Shown here: positions 1-11,852 of the stretch, piece by piece
Numbering within the stretch: position 1 is the first letter of the stretch
Layout: each line of letters begins with the position of its first letter
From: Thraustochytrium aureum
Lineage: Eukaryota
Direction: 5' to 3'
Length of the DNA: 64,000 bases
Assembly (NCBI GenBank): GCA_012862495.1
Contig: BLSG01000421.1
Span: 1-64,000, forward strand
Made by a program: the position numbers and the translations under genes
Notes under the pieces: model-generated
Databases searched by the model: none
The model's input: the letters and a program-made list of their open reading frames with translations, nothing else
Told to the model about the DNA's origin: nothing

Positions 1-302
1 CTAGGCGCGCTACTTGGCGCGCTGCCCTTTGCTCGCCTTGGCTGGCCCCACGTCCTTCTGTAACTTCGTAGTGCTGCTGCACTGCAACGGACGCTTTCGA
101 CCAATGATCATCTCTACAACAACAGCAACAACAAAACAAACAAGCACCCCCTCGACCTCGTCGCTTTCATCAGCCGTTGCTCTGCAGCCAGCACAATGGG
201 CTGGCGGCACCGGCCTTGCACACTTTTCCACGAGCAAACCCCGCTCGTTGCATACACGCCGTCGTCGAAGCACAAGCAACAGCAGCGCAGCGGACGCCGA
301 GG

Positions 303-783
303 ATGGGGCACCAAGAGACGGTTGACCGGGTAAGTAGCCGCTGGCGCGCCTGGCCGCGCTGCGCTGTTCGGCCGCGCCGCGTCGCATTCGCTCGGTAACG
401 GCGGGCTCGGCCATCGCCGCCCCCGACGCCTTCGCTGCCTGAAGCGCTGAGCTAGCGAGCAGGGCGCCGCGGCGCGGATCTGACGGGCTGAATGGGCCTT
501 TGCTGACGGAGGGGCGGCGGCTTGCGGGTCCAAGGAGTGCGAGGAGATCAAAAGGGACATCAAACGGCTCGGGGCGCCAAACGACGAGGGCAAGTACGCG
601 GTGACCTTCGGTGTCCTGTTCGACGACGACAAGTCGCAGCAGTACTATGAGGCAATTGTGGGGACGCTCAAGGCCGCTCGCACAAAGGGCTTCATCGACT
701 GGAAAGGCCAGATGCTCCTCAAAGGCGCGCACGACTCGACGGTAATCACCTTGCTTGTGGACGACGTTGAACCGAGCGAGTGA
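303..783 (+). CDS. ABRACL: Costars/ABRACL-family small actin-regulatory protein; two exons (303-329, 535-783)
   Basis: Spliced product MGHQETVDR|ECEEIKRDIKRLGAPNDEGKYAVTFGVLFDDDKSQQYYEAIVGTLKAARTKGFIDWKGQMLLKGAHD matches the Costars pattern (EI.RLG...V.FGVLF.DD...EA.VGTLKAA...G..LL.G.HD). An in-frame TGA at 481 requires an intron. Confidence 0.9.
330..534 (+). other. GT-AG spliceosomal intron (205 nt) in the Costars gene
   Basis: Donor GTAAGT at 330, branch-point-like TGCTGAC at 501-507, acceptor CAAG ending at 534. Splicing is phase 0 and restores an open frame from the ATG at 303. Confidence 0.85.
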
Positions 784-1065
784 GGCCAGAGACTGCTCCT
801 CTTTCGCTCGCTTCATCCTCTGCAACTACAGCCGCTCTAGAGCGAGAAAGCCGCAAAGGCTCGATCCGAGCACAATGCGCGCGCTCTGGGCGACCCGACC
901 CGGTCGGCCTCTCAGACTGGCTGGAGCAAATCGGCGCAAATGCTGCCCTTCCTGAGAAAGCGCGCGCGAGTCGACGGTCGTCCCCTGCTCGCGAAAGGGG
1001 CAGCAGCCGCGCTGCTGCACAAGAGCTAGTTCAACCCTCATCTCTAATCGATCAAGCAACTCTTT

Positions 1066-3495
1066 TTAGGTCTCCTCGCAAAGCAGAAAGAGGAACGTCA
1101 CCGTGTGCAGAAGCGCCACCAAGGAAAACACCGAGTTGAGCACGTAGAGCGGGTCCGTCGCGCCACGGTTGAACCAGAACGCGAGCATCAAGTAGCTCAT
1201 GAGCGAGCCCGCAAAGCGCGCCGTCTGCACGGCAACCATCGGCCCCACGAGGCCAAACTCTGAGAACAGCGGCGCGTCCGCCGCCCGCCACTCAAACGTC
1301 GAGCACGCCGACAGCATCGAGACAGATTGGATCAGGAGCGAGACTGCCGAGAGCGCAAAGCTCAGCAACACAAACCAGACCACCGAGTAGGCCCGCCCGA
1401 GCCCCCCAAGAGGAAGCAAAAAGCAAGCTATCAGCGCTGCAAGCGCCAGAGCGACACGGATCACAAACCACGAGCCGAGATTCCGAACCAGAAGCCACGA
1501 GACAAACAAAACGGGGATCGGCAGCGCCACCCAAATAAGCGTCAGCATGTTGACCACCGGCCATGACATGAGGAAGATCGAGTTGGCCGTCACGGTGAGC
1601 ACCGCGTACGCCATCGACTCGGTGAGGGTTGTCACGAACTGGATCAACAGCGTCGAGGACCACCCCACGCCGTGGCTGCGCTGGAAAAAGTGCTCGGTCC
1701 AGAGCCTGCTTGCGCCGTGCTGCGCGCCAAGTGGAAGGGCCAAGCTCGTCGCATCGGGGACCAGGAAGGGCGCCGCCGGCTTGTCGTCGGTCCCGAAAAG
1801 GAGCGGGCGGGTTAGCGCAGAGCAGGTCGCGGGCCCCGCGAGGAAGGCGCCAAGCAAGACCCACACCAGGGCGAATAAGAGTGGCACCGCAGAGAACGGA
1901 TTGGCGCGGATCCCAATCACGGCTTCCACGTCAAAGGCGAGCGAGTTGGCGACAGAAACGGCGCCGTGGCCCAGCAGCGGACCGACCAGCGCGCTGGCGA
2001 CCAAGCAGGCGGCCACGGTCTCCACCTTGCGCGTGCGCGCGAGCGCGGGCCTGCAGCATGTGACAGCAGGAAGGAGCGCCGTGAGCAGCGAGCCCATTCC
2101 GAATGCAGCAAAGCCAGCAAAGAGGAGCAGATCGCTGTGGAGCACCGCCGCAGGCTGCGCCTCGGAAAGCAGCGTAGCGTCGCCTTCTGCGGAGCTCGAC
2201 AGGAAGGTCGAGTTGACCGAAGCCAGCGACAAGTTGGCAAGGCAGAGAACCAGGATGCTGAGGCAGACTGCGGCAAGCGCGTTGCGCCACAGCAGCGAAG
2301 CAAGCGCATAAGTGGCCATGCAGGCAGCCGCAGACTGCGTCGCAAAAGCGAGCGCAACAGTGTCTATCTGCACGCCCGCCGCCTCGGCGTAAAAGTCGTT
2401 GAACGGAGCGAGCGCGCCCAGGTTTGCCGAGTAGAGCCCGACCACGAGCATCACGAGAGACACGTGGAACGAGAGGCCTGTGCGGCCCGCGTCGAGGAGG
2501 TCGTTGCTTGCTTCCTCTGCCGTTGACTCAAAGCGAACCCCCCCAGAGCCGCGGCCCCGGCTTCGGCGCTCGCGCCTCTGCGCGTCGCGGGAGGCCTTGA
2601 CATCGGCTTCGTTCGCCAAGGGCCGTGCGTGCGGTTGCTCACCAAGAGCTGCTTGGAGAGGAAAGTCTCGAGTGACATGGCTTGCTCGTCTCGCTCCTGC
2701 AGCTCGGAGGAGGTTGCCGGTTGCAGCAGTGCGCGGGATGAGCCGGACCGGCTCTCCGAGCGTTCGCTCCTTTTCCGCGCGATTCGGGGCTGCTCGAGTC
2801 GGTGGTCCGAGGACGGGTCCTCGCTGAGGCTTGCGACGCTCGCAGCGCCGGACCCCGGAGCTAGCACCAGCTTGCTGCTGGCGCGCCGGCGCAGCAGATT
2901 GCGCAGTACAAAGTTGCGCTCCAGCGCGCCCTGCACTGCAAGCACCATTTCAGAGAGCTCAAAGGGGTCCGAGAGGCGCTCCAAGCTGACGCCCTCGTCG
3001 CGTGTGAGCAAGCCGGGCCCCCCATGGTGCCCCGTGACGTGGTCGTACTTTTTGAGGATCTTGCGCGTCGCCGTCACGTTGAGCTCCACGTACTGGAGAA
3101 GCCGTGCCATCTCCAACCCCCAGCGCGTTGAGGTCTTGATGGATTCGACTGAGATGCCGCTCCGTGTCGGGAAAGTCGCTTTCGATCCACCCCTCGACCA
3201 CCAACAGGTCTTCTTGCAGCTCGTCAAGCCGGGTCTGGGCGGCGCGTTGCCGGCTTGCCAAGAACGACTCGACCTCCTGCAGCTCGTCGCGCACGCGCTG
3301 CGCGAAGGTCCTCGCGCGCGAGCTCCGCCTGCTCCCGCCGCTGCGTGGCTCACCGCCCCCTTCCGGCCTGCTACCCGCCGTCCGCGGGCTCTCCCTGCGC
3401 GCCACGAGCTCCTTGAGCGCATTCTTCAGCTCGTCATACGCCACGTACCGCCACCCGGGCACGGCCTCCTCGGACAGCCGCTTGCCAAACTTCAT
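1066..3495 (-). CDS. SPX-MFS protein (PHT5/VPT-like putative vacuolar phosphate transporter); two apparent frameshifts (~3120, ~2630)
   Basis: N-terminal MKFGKRL...W.YVAYDELK (SPX start) and YVELNVTATRKILKKYD (SPX lysine cluster), followed by a ~450-aa multi-TM MFS-like region (1066-2619). The first shift lies in a C5/G5 homopolymer. Confidence 0.8.
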
Positions 3496-3845
3496 TCCCG
3501 CCGCCCATCCCAACCGTCCTGCGGGGCCGTCCGAGTCCTGCCCGGTGCGCCAGCCTGTCGACCTGCGCACCAGCTCTGCCCGGCCGTCCAGCGCGCCCGC
3601 CGCTCCTTGCAAGAGCCGCCCGCCCGCCCGCCCGCCCGCGCAGTGGCTCGCGCGCTCGCTCGCTTTGGGCTCTGGCGCAGCACCTGCTCGAGCACGACGA
3701 CGCCCAAGTCCGCGAGCTCCTTGAGCTCAACCAACCCGCAGCGGGCCGAGCGCCTTCCTTTCCTCCACGGCGCCCGTACCGGTACTAGAAGGTGCGGCGC
3801 TCGCACGAGGCTCGCTCGTGGCTCGGCCTTGCGACAGGAGCGAGG

Positions 3846-3882
3846 GAGCGAGCGAGCGAAACGAGCGAGCGAGCGAGCGAGC
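3846..3882. repeat. Interrupted (GAGC)n microsatellite upstream of the SPX-MFS gene
   Basis: gagcgagcgagcgaaacgagcgagcgagcgagcgagc. Confidence 0.85.
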
Positions 3883-4025
3883 GGCTTGGACGACGGGACA
3901 TGGACAAGCTCGTGCGGATAGCGGTGCGCTGCGCGACAAGGCTCTTGGCCGATGGTTGGACGAGGCCTGCCTGCGCAGTGGCCTAGCTGGAACGCCCTGA
4001 ACGGCGACGTTGTCTTTCTGGTCTA

Positions 4026-4617
4026 TCAAATCGATGCCGTTGCGCGCGCTGCGCCTTGGAGCGGCCAAATGAGGCGCCGAGCTCCCGAGGTGGCCGCGAA
4101 GAACAACGTCGCGAGCGTGGTAGGGTGGTGCAGGAGCGCCAGCGAGTCTGGAGAGCCCACGAAGACCGACCGTCCGACCAGGACCGTGCCGACGAGCAGC
4201 GCCGCGCCGACAGGCAGAGCACGGTAGTCTGTGAAGCTTGCGCCTACCGCCCCGTTGAGATGCTGCAGGGGCGAGAAATAGTCAAAGGCCAACAGCTTGA
4301 GCAGTGCGNNNNNNNNNNNNNNNNNNNNNNNNNNNNNNNNNNNNNNNNNNNNNNNNNNNNNNNNNNNNNNNNNNNNNNNNNNNNNNNNNNNNNNNNNNNN
4401 NNNNNNNNNNNNNNNNNNNNNNNNNNNNNNNNNNNNNNNNNNNNNNNNNNNNNNNNNNNNNNNNNNNNNNNNCGTGCGCCCAGCTCAGCCGCGGCAGCTT
4501 GTCGTGCACCGCCCATAGTACCGGCGCGCGCCCCCTCGCGCGTTCGGCGGTAGCTTCCTCCTGCGCCTCCGTCTTTGCAGGCTGGGCACCTCGCTTGCGA
4601 GCAAGATTGTGCGACAT
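4026..4617 (-). CDS. Hypothetical membrane protein interrupted by an N-gap; boundaries uncertain
   Basis: Coding-like hydrophobic frame after the gap (ALLKLLAFDYFSPLQHLNG...AALLVGTVLVGRSVF...LATLFFAA). Possible start MSHNLARKRG before the gap. Confidence 0.3.
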
Positions 4618-6857
4618 TCGCTGGGGTCGCTCCAAGGCAGGCCTCGGCGCAGCCGCTACCTCTGCGCCTGACCTGCGCGTCGAGCGCCCCGTGGGCCTTC
4701 GTGCTTCGAGCGCGATGCGACTGCGCACCAAGCTGCCTCTGCTGTGGCAAGCGCGTCCTTTCGTGTCCCGAGTCTGGCTGGACAGCGTCGTGCGACAGAG
4801 GCGGACAGGTTTTCGCAGCACATGCCACGCCAGAACAACCAGAACCAGAGCACCACAGCAACGTGCAAGACTACGGCGGGGAGCGAGCCCGCCCGCTGCG
4901 GCCGCCACGGGCACCGATGCTGGCGAGGCGCAGACCGCAGCGGCAGCGTGGACCACGACGTATGGTAGAGTACGCTCTAGGCTAGAGAGTGGATGGATGA
5001 CAAATAGCCAACCACAGGCTCACACAGACCGGCAGCCGAGGCGCCGCGTGGGGCGACGGCGGAGCGCGACCGCCCACGAGGTGCCTGGAGAGGAGATCTT
5101 TCGTGCTCACGAGATGGACTTGCCGTGGCGCGGCAACTTGCCCAGAGCTACGTTTGCGCAAGGGCTTTCGCAAGTGGCAAGCGCGCGAGGTTGGCAAGCG
5201 CGCGAGAGTGGCGCACCATTCAATTAAATCCTGTGGTAGGCCGGCCTACCAGTACTCGGTGCTCCGCGCCATGCAAGGGCCTCGCCTCTGCCGCCTCGCG
5301 GGTTGAACCGGCGTGAGCTCTGTCCTCGTTCGCTGGGCAGCGCAAAAAAAACCATAAGCAACACCGAAAGCAAACGTGACTCCAAGACAACGCCGTCCGC
5401 GCAAGGAGGCACCAGAGCCCTGCATAGGGCCACAGCGCCGCGCAACGCCAGGGCGCGGGGTTGGCAAGAACAAGCCGCGGCTCACCAACACCACCAAGGC
5501 CCAAACCCAGCCAACCCAGCAGCCCTCCGGACCTCCCTGCCCAGCAGCGGTGCGTCACAGGTCTGTCCTTGTGACCTTCGGTTCCACTTTCTCGACAGGA
5601 CCTGTCGTAACGTCGCCCCGAACAGTCACGTGCGCCGCTGGCGAGCACCTGGTACGAGCGCACACCGCAAGAANNNNNNNNNNNNNNNNNNNNNNNNNNN
5701 NNNNNNNNNNNNNNNNNNNNNNNNNNNNNNNNNNNNNNNNNNNNNNNNNNNNNNNNNNNNNNNNNNNNNNNNNNNNNNNNNNNNNNNNNNNNNNNNNNNN
5801 NNNNNNNNNNNNNNNNNNNNNNNNNNNNNNNNNNNNNNNNNNNNNNNNNNNNNNNNNNNNNNNNNNNNNNNNNNNNNNNNNNNNNNNNNNNNNNNNNNNN
5901 NNNNNNNNNNNNNNNNNNNNNNNNNNNNNNNNNNNNNNNNNNNNNNNNNNNNNNNNNGAGCACAGAAATCGATTGCACTCGCATTCGCAGGGCTCTCTTG
6001 GGCCGAAAGCCGTTCAACTTGGCTCCTGCTGCACCGCCCTCCGAGTCTGCCTCGTTGACGCGCGTGCGCTCTCGTACGGGCCGCTCGCCTCCCGGTGGCT
6101 CGAACGGGTCTCTCGCACGCACACCGACCGCTGTGAGGCCCCGCACGCCCGCGCTGAGAGGAGTCCACTTCCGCTGGCGGTTTAGGCCTAGTGGGTTTTT
6201 TGCAGCGGTCAAGAGAGTCCCGCACGTCGGTACTGGACGACGGACTGGTGGAGCGGCGGCGCTCCAGCGATGGATGGACTCGGATGGGATGGACGAGCGA
6301 TTGGTGCATCGCGGCGCCCGCCTCTGCTCTGTCTGACCTGATGACAGTGGCCGGTGCCGCAAGGAAGGCGATTGGACTGGCCGGCGGAGCTCCTGTCTGC
6401 CTCTGTGCGGCCTCTGTGTGACAGACAGACCCTGTCTGTCGTGGCTCTGTGAAGAGGAGGAGCACACGTGCTCGTGCTCTTGGATTGTGGTGGTTGGATG
6501 CGGCTTGTGCGACGACCGCCAGAGCAGGCAAGCCTGGCCTGGTTCGCTGGCAGCGGGCAGGCACTGGCAGTCGCATGGGATTTGGTTTTGCAATTGAAAA
6601 GGAAGATCTCCATGCTTTCCAGTCGCTTTCCAATCGCTTTCTTTCCATGCAGCACTTGGCAAGACTGCTTCGCATTCGAGCACACTTTCGAAAGAAAAGG
6701 AGAAGGCGGCTTGCCGATTCTCCGTCCGGGCAGAGCCCAATCGCGCCAGTGCAGCACCGTGACGGACTGAGCGGGCGAAGGAGAAGGCCAGCGCCCTGAA
6801 GGTTCGAGTCGACAGGTTGCGAGGATAGCGGACGCGCGCGGCGCGCAGGCCGGCAAG

Positions 6858-8018
6858 ATGAAGGCCCAAGCGCCAGAGCGCAACGGCGACGGCGATCTGA
6901 CCGTGAGCGTGACCAACCCCGCTTTCGACATGGAGCTGCCCATCGACGAGGACGGCGAGGTCGACGTCGAGCAGATGAACGCCGACCAAAAGTGGTGGCG
7001 CGCGCTATCGGGGGCCCGCAAGCGGCAGACCGAGATGGAGAACTTTGCCCGTCGGTACTTTTTCAAGGACGACGAGAAAGCCCAAAACCGATTCCTTGAC
7101 AAACTCACCTTCCTGTGCGCTGTGTTCGCCTGCGTGTTCTTGACGTACTGCGTGGCATCGCCCGACGGACGCGCCCTGCTCCCCTTCTACTTTTGCATCT
7201 CGTGCCCCGTGCTGATCGTGATCCGGTACTTTCAGTACAAGAAGCGCAAGTGGCACTACTTCCTGCTCGACTTTTGCTACTGGGCCAACCTGCTCTGCAT
7301 GATCAACATCCTGGTCTTCCCGCGCAGCGGCATCTTTTTCGTCATCATGTTTGGCATCGTGCATGCGCCGCTCCCGTGGACCATCATCGCCTACCGGAAC
7401 AGCCTCGTGTTCCACAGCATCGACAAGTTTAGCAGCTTTTACATCCACGTGTTCCCCCCCGTGATCTACTACGCGCTGCGCTGGTACCCCAAGGACTGCT
7501 CGCGGTGGTGGTACGCCGATTTCGATACCACAGGCGAGGACAACCTCGAGGCCTGGCTCGAGCTCTCCGAGCCGATCAGCCCGTGGTTCCTGGCCATCGC
7601 CATGCCGCTCGCCGTCGTGATCATCTTTTTCGTGCAGCAATCGCTCGAAATCTTCATCATCAACGTCGTGGCCAAGCACCCCTGCGCCCGCAACTGGCTG
7701 CACGTCTACTACGACGAAGAGTACCAAACCCTCTTCCGGTACTCGAGCACGTCGGGGGCCGGCTTTGTGTACAACTTTATCAACGCGTTCGGCCCCAACC
7801 GCCGCCTGACGATGTGGATGGTGCTCAACATGGTGTACACGCTGCTCGTCTCTCTCCCGGTCTACATCTGGTACACGTACCAGATTGCAAACGTCAGCTT
7901 TCTCATCTTTTGCTTCGCGTGGGGCACGTGGAACGGCGCCAACTTTTACATTGAAGTGTTCTCGCGCAAGTACTACGCCAAGCGCGACAGCGTGCGCCGC
8001 CCCAAGGAAGAGGCCTAG
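6858..8018 (+). CDS. GPC1: Glycerophosphocholine acyltransferase (GPCAT, DUF2838 family)
   Basis: Intact 386-aa multi-TM ORF with FLDKLTF, KWHYFLLDFCYWAN, YRNSLVFHSIDKFSS and WNGANFYIEVFS motifs typical of Gpc1/DUF2838; strong GC3 bias. Confidence 0.9.
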   Translation: MKAQAPERNGDGDLTVSVTNPAFDMELPIDEDGEVDVEQMNADQKWWRALSGARKRQTEMENFARRYFFKDDEKAQNRFLDKLTFLCAVFACVFLTYCVASPDGRALLPFYFCISCPVLIVIRYFQYKKRKWHYFLLDFCYWANLLCMINILVFPRSGIFFVIMFGIVHAPLPWTIIAYRNSLVFHSIDKFSSFYIHVFPPVIYYALRWYPKDCSRWWYADFDTTGEDNLEAWLELSEPISPWFLAIAMPLAVVIIFFVQQSLEIFIINVVAKHPCARNWLHVYYDEEYQTLFRYSSTSGAGFVYNFINAFGPNRRLTMWMVLNMVYTLLVSLPVYIWYTYQIANVSFLIFCFAWGTWNGANFYIEVFSRKYYAKRDSVRRPKEEA

Positions 8019-8248
8019 TCGTCTTGCCCTGCGCAGTTTGATCTTGATGCATGGGATGGGCCGCGCCGCCGTCGAGGCGGGATTGGGCTTGCCGCCCTGC
8101 TGAAAATAGTGCACGACAATTGACAAATTTCATGAAATGTGTGTTTCTTCGCTTCCGCGTACTCTACATTTCGGTAGACCCCGTCACGGGAGCCGCAGGC
8201 ATTGCCAATGGAAATCTAAAGGTCATTCATTTGAGGTTGGGCCTCGCT

Positions 8249-9867
8249 CTACGCGCTCTTGAGATGCGGCCCCTCCTCAAGACGCAACGGGGCAAGACAG
8301 TCAGTGCTCCCGGTCTCAGAGTGCACCAGGCGCGCAGCGAGCACCCTTGGGCGGTGCATAAAAGTTCGAATCGTATCTCTGCCCTCAACACGACCCTCCG
8401 CCGACACCGGGCGCCCGACAAGCTTTGGCGTCGGCGCCACGGTGCTCCTTGACAACGACCCCCCGCTGGGATACGGGCAGGCCATCCTCGTTTGCGAAAA
8501 AATGCTGAACAGCTTGGAGCAGTGCGCCAGCGCCAGCGTGCAGAGGTGCGCCGCCGCAGAACCCTGCGTGAGGCCCAGCACAACGACAAGCAGCGACGCG
8601 CTGAGTCCGACGAACGAGCCCACGCTGAGAACGAGGTGGAACCTCAAATGCCGCACTAGCGCGATCATGGCAGTCGCGCTCGCTTGCGTGTGCGAGGGCG
8701 GCGACATGGCCGAGATCAGCGCGGTCGTTTTCAGCACGGCCTGCACAAGAAACGCGTTCGCCGCGAGCTGGACAGTGAAACAAACTACAGGTAGCACTTT
8801 CGTGTAAAGGTCGAGGCTGCGGCGGGTGAACGAGCGCGCCAGAAGCGACAGCGCAATCACGTCTGCCATTGCCACCAGCGCCGCAAGCACGCGGGCGACC
8901 AGGCGCACCCGCGGCCTCCACTCCGGCTCCTCGCCCAGCAACACTCGCCCTCGCACGCTGTCGAACAGCACCGCAGCGAGCATATCGGTCGCGGCAGAGA
9001 GGCCCAAGAAGCCGCCAGAGGCCACGACCAGCCGATCGTACGTGACAGCGTTGCCAAGTAAATTGGCGCCCAACATCGAGTACGCGGCGAGAGCGCAGCT
9101 CTGGGCAAAGTTGATCCCAAGGATCAGACCGTACGACGCTCTGAGCTTGCCACGTTTCCACCTCGCGTGTGTGTATCGAGCGCTAAGCGCGGACAGCGCG
9201 AGGTACGAAATCGGAATTACGCCGCGGAACAGCGCCTGCACCGCGTTCGAGTCGAACACTTCGAGGACGACGTTGCGGTCGGTCTCCAGCGCAGCGCGCG
9301 AGATCGACGCTGTGCCAGCAACGGCGGCCAGCTCGCGACCCAGGGGCGTGAGGCGGCCCATCAGGAGCGCGCACTGGGCAGTTGCGGGGTCGAGGCGCAG
9401 CAAGTCGTCGCCCGTACTTCTCCAGTTGGAGGAGATTCCTGGCGCGTACTCGTCCCCGACATATTCTAGCAGGATGGGGCTTAGCTTGCACCAGTGCCGC
9501 GCATAGTCTGCCTCGGCCCACGTGCCGAGGAGGCCGTCGCAGGTCGTGTCAAAGTCGAGCCGGGGCTTGAGGACGGCGTCCGCGTTGATCCTTCCTGCAA
9601 GCCACTTAGCGTGCCGGCAACCGCGTGAGCGCAAAACGCCTTGTACAGCGCATGGTCCATGAATCGAATGGTGATGTTGCTCCGGCTTATGCTCTGCAGG
9701 CCAAGCGTTCTTGTCCCGGGAACGACGTTGGTGGCAAGAGCGAGTTGGCCCTCTGCGCCATCGCTGCCGAGTAGAGTGGCCACGGTTTGCGCAGCAACTT
9801 GGAGCGCTGCGTCGGCCGCGTCGACCGTGAGTGCGGCGACGGCAAGGATGGCATTGCAGAAGCGCAT
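8249..9867 (-). CDS. Hypothetical signal-peptide + seven-TM protein; one apparent frameshift (~9635)
   Basis: N-terminal MRFCNAILAVAALTV (signal-like) in ORF 9481..9903 joins ORF 8249..9634, which has about 7 hydrophobic segments in its C-terminal half. Confidence 0.6.
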
Positions 9868-11852
9868 GACCTGCTCAGCCGACCTCGCGAAGCCTCTTTC
9901 CACACCGAGAGGCAGAACGAGCTGCCCTCGGGCCTTGAATCAATCCGGCTCTGTCTTGGGATCGGCCGTGGCCGCGAGCTTGCTCAAAAGGGCTGCTGTG
10001 GGTCGAACCCTGCCGGTTTTGACAGTGCAAGCACTTCACCCATGCAGGCTTCTCGCCACAGGGCAAGCGCAAGAGCAAGATGCGACGCTTTGGCTGGGGT
10101 GGTCCACCGTCCGTTGGCCAAGCTGCCTCGCCTCCTCGAATGATTTGACACGCACCGAAAACTGACTCTCTGCAGGGCCCGACGCGGAGCTCTGAACAAT
10201 TGGCGTGACGTCTTGGGTTGAGTAAGCGGCTTGCTGATCGTTTGACAAGCAACTGCACCACGCCGCGCGTCTGACTGCCAACTCGCCAAAACTGTGTCCG
10301 CTTTGCAAGGCGCCAACAAATAGCCACAATCTCCGGCACGCGGATCCCGCGCGTAACCGATCACAGAACGACGGTCCACATCGCCTTGCACGCGAAGCCG
10401 TTCGAGCGCCAAGTCTTGCGTGTTGTGAAGCCCCAGGATTTAATTTAAAAGGTGCACTCGCATTCGCTCGCGTCGCTTACAGACGTCCTCATCAGGAACA
10501 AGAGCAAGCAGCACCTCAAGAAGCCGAAGCGGCTGCAGAATCGGCAGCCTTCGGCACGACAAGAAAGAGCATCGCACGGAAAGCGTTGCGGCGAGCGGGT
10601 GTGGCGTTTAAATGACGACTTACTCGCGAGGCTCACGCTGCTTATGCCGCTATTTCTGATTGCTGCACAAGCGCAGCCGTTGGTCCACCATTCTCCATTC
10701 ACTGATGATTCGCCTGCAGCAGCAGCAGCCGCGCCAAGCAGCGAGGCCGAGTGCATGCGCCGTTTCTTGAACAACTTCGCACAATCTCGAGTTCACCAAC
10801 ACCACCGAGACNNNNNNNNNNNNNNNNNNNNNNNNNNNNNNNNNNNNNNNNNNNNNNNNNNNNNNNNNNNNNNNNNNNNNNNNNNNNNNNNNNNNNNNNN
10901 NNNNNNNNNNNNNNNNNNNNNNNNNNNNNNNNNNNNNNNNNNNNNNNNNNNNNNNNNNNNNNNNNNNNNNNNNNNNNNNNNNNNNNNNNNNNNNNNNNNN
11001 NNNNNNNNNNNNNNNNNNNNNNNNNNNNNNNNNNNNNNNNNNNNNNNNNNNNNNNNNNNNNNNNNNNNNNNNNNNNNNNNNNNNNNNNNNNNNNNNNNNN
11101 NNNNNNNNNNNNNNNNNNNNNNNNNNNNNNNNNNNNNNNNNNNNNNNNNNNNNNNNNNNNNNNNNNNNNNNNNNNNNNNNNNNNNNNNNNNNNNNNNNNN
11201 NNNNNNNNNNNNNNNNNNNNNNNNNNNNNNNNNNNNNNNNNNNNNNNNNNNNNNNNNNNNNNNNNNNNNNNNNNNNNNNNNNNNNNNNNNNNNNNNNNNN
11301 NNNNNNNNNNNNNNNNNNNNNNNNNNNNNNNNNNNNNNNNNNNNNNNNNNNNNNNNNNNNNNNNNNNNNNNNNNNNNNNNNNNNNNNNNNNNNNNNNNNN
11401 NNNNNNNNNNNNNNNNNNNNNNNNNNNNNNNNNNNNNNNNNNNNNNNNNNNNNNNNNNNNNNNNNNNNNNNNNNNNNNNNNNNNNNNNNNNNNNNNNNNN
11501 NNNNNNNNNNNNNNNNNNNNNNNNNNNNNNNNNNNNNNNNNNNNNNNNNNNNNNNNNNNNNNNNNNNNNNNNNNNNNNNNNNNNNNNNNNNNNNNNNNNN
11601 NNNNNNNNNNNNNNNNNNNNNNNNNNNNNNNNNNNNNNNNNNNNNNNNNNNNNNNNNNNNNNNNNNNNNNNNNNNNNNNNNNNNNNNNNNNNNNNNNNNN
11701 NNNNNNNNNNNNNNNNNNNNNNNNNNNNNNNNNNNNNNNNNNNNNNNNNNNNNNNNNNNNNNNNNNNNNNNNNNNNNNNNNNNNNNNNNNNNNNNNNNNN
11801 NNNNNGTGTAGCCAGCCAACCCGTTTTGCTGCAGATCTTCGCCCGCGCGAAG

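Noticed and set aside
4990..6850. Long ORFs and a short inverted repeat (GACAGAC...GTCTGTC near 6424-6440) upstream of GPC1
   Set aside because: The ORFs span a gap and give Arg/Pro/Ala-rich shadow translations. The hairpin is too short to support an RNA call.
10452..11852. Long N-terminal extension of the mitochondrial carrier
   Set aside because: Artefact of reading through an N-gap; the pre-gap sequence does not look like carrier coding sequence.
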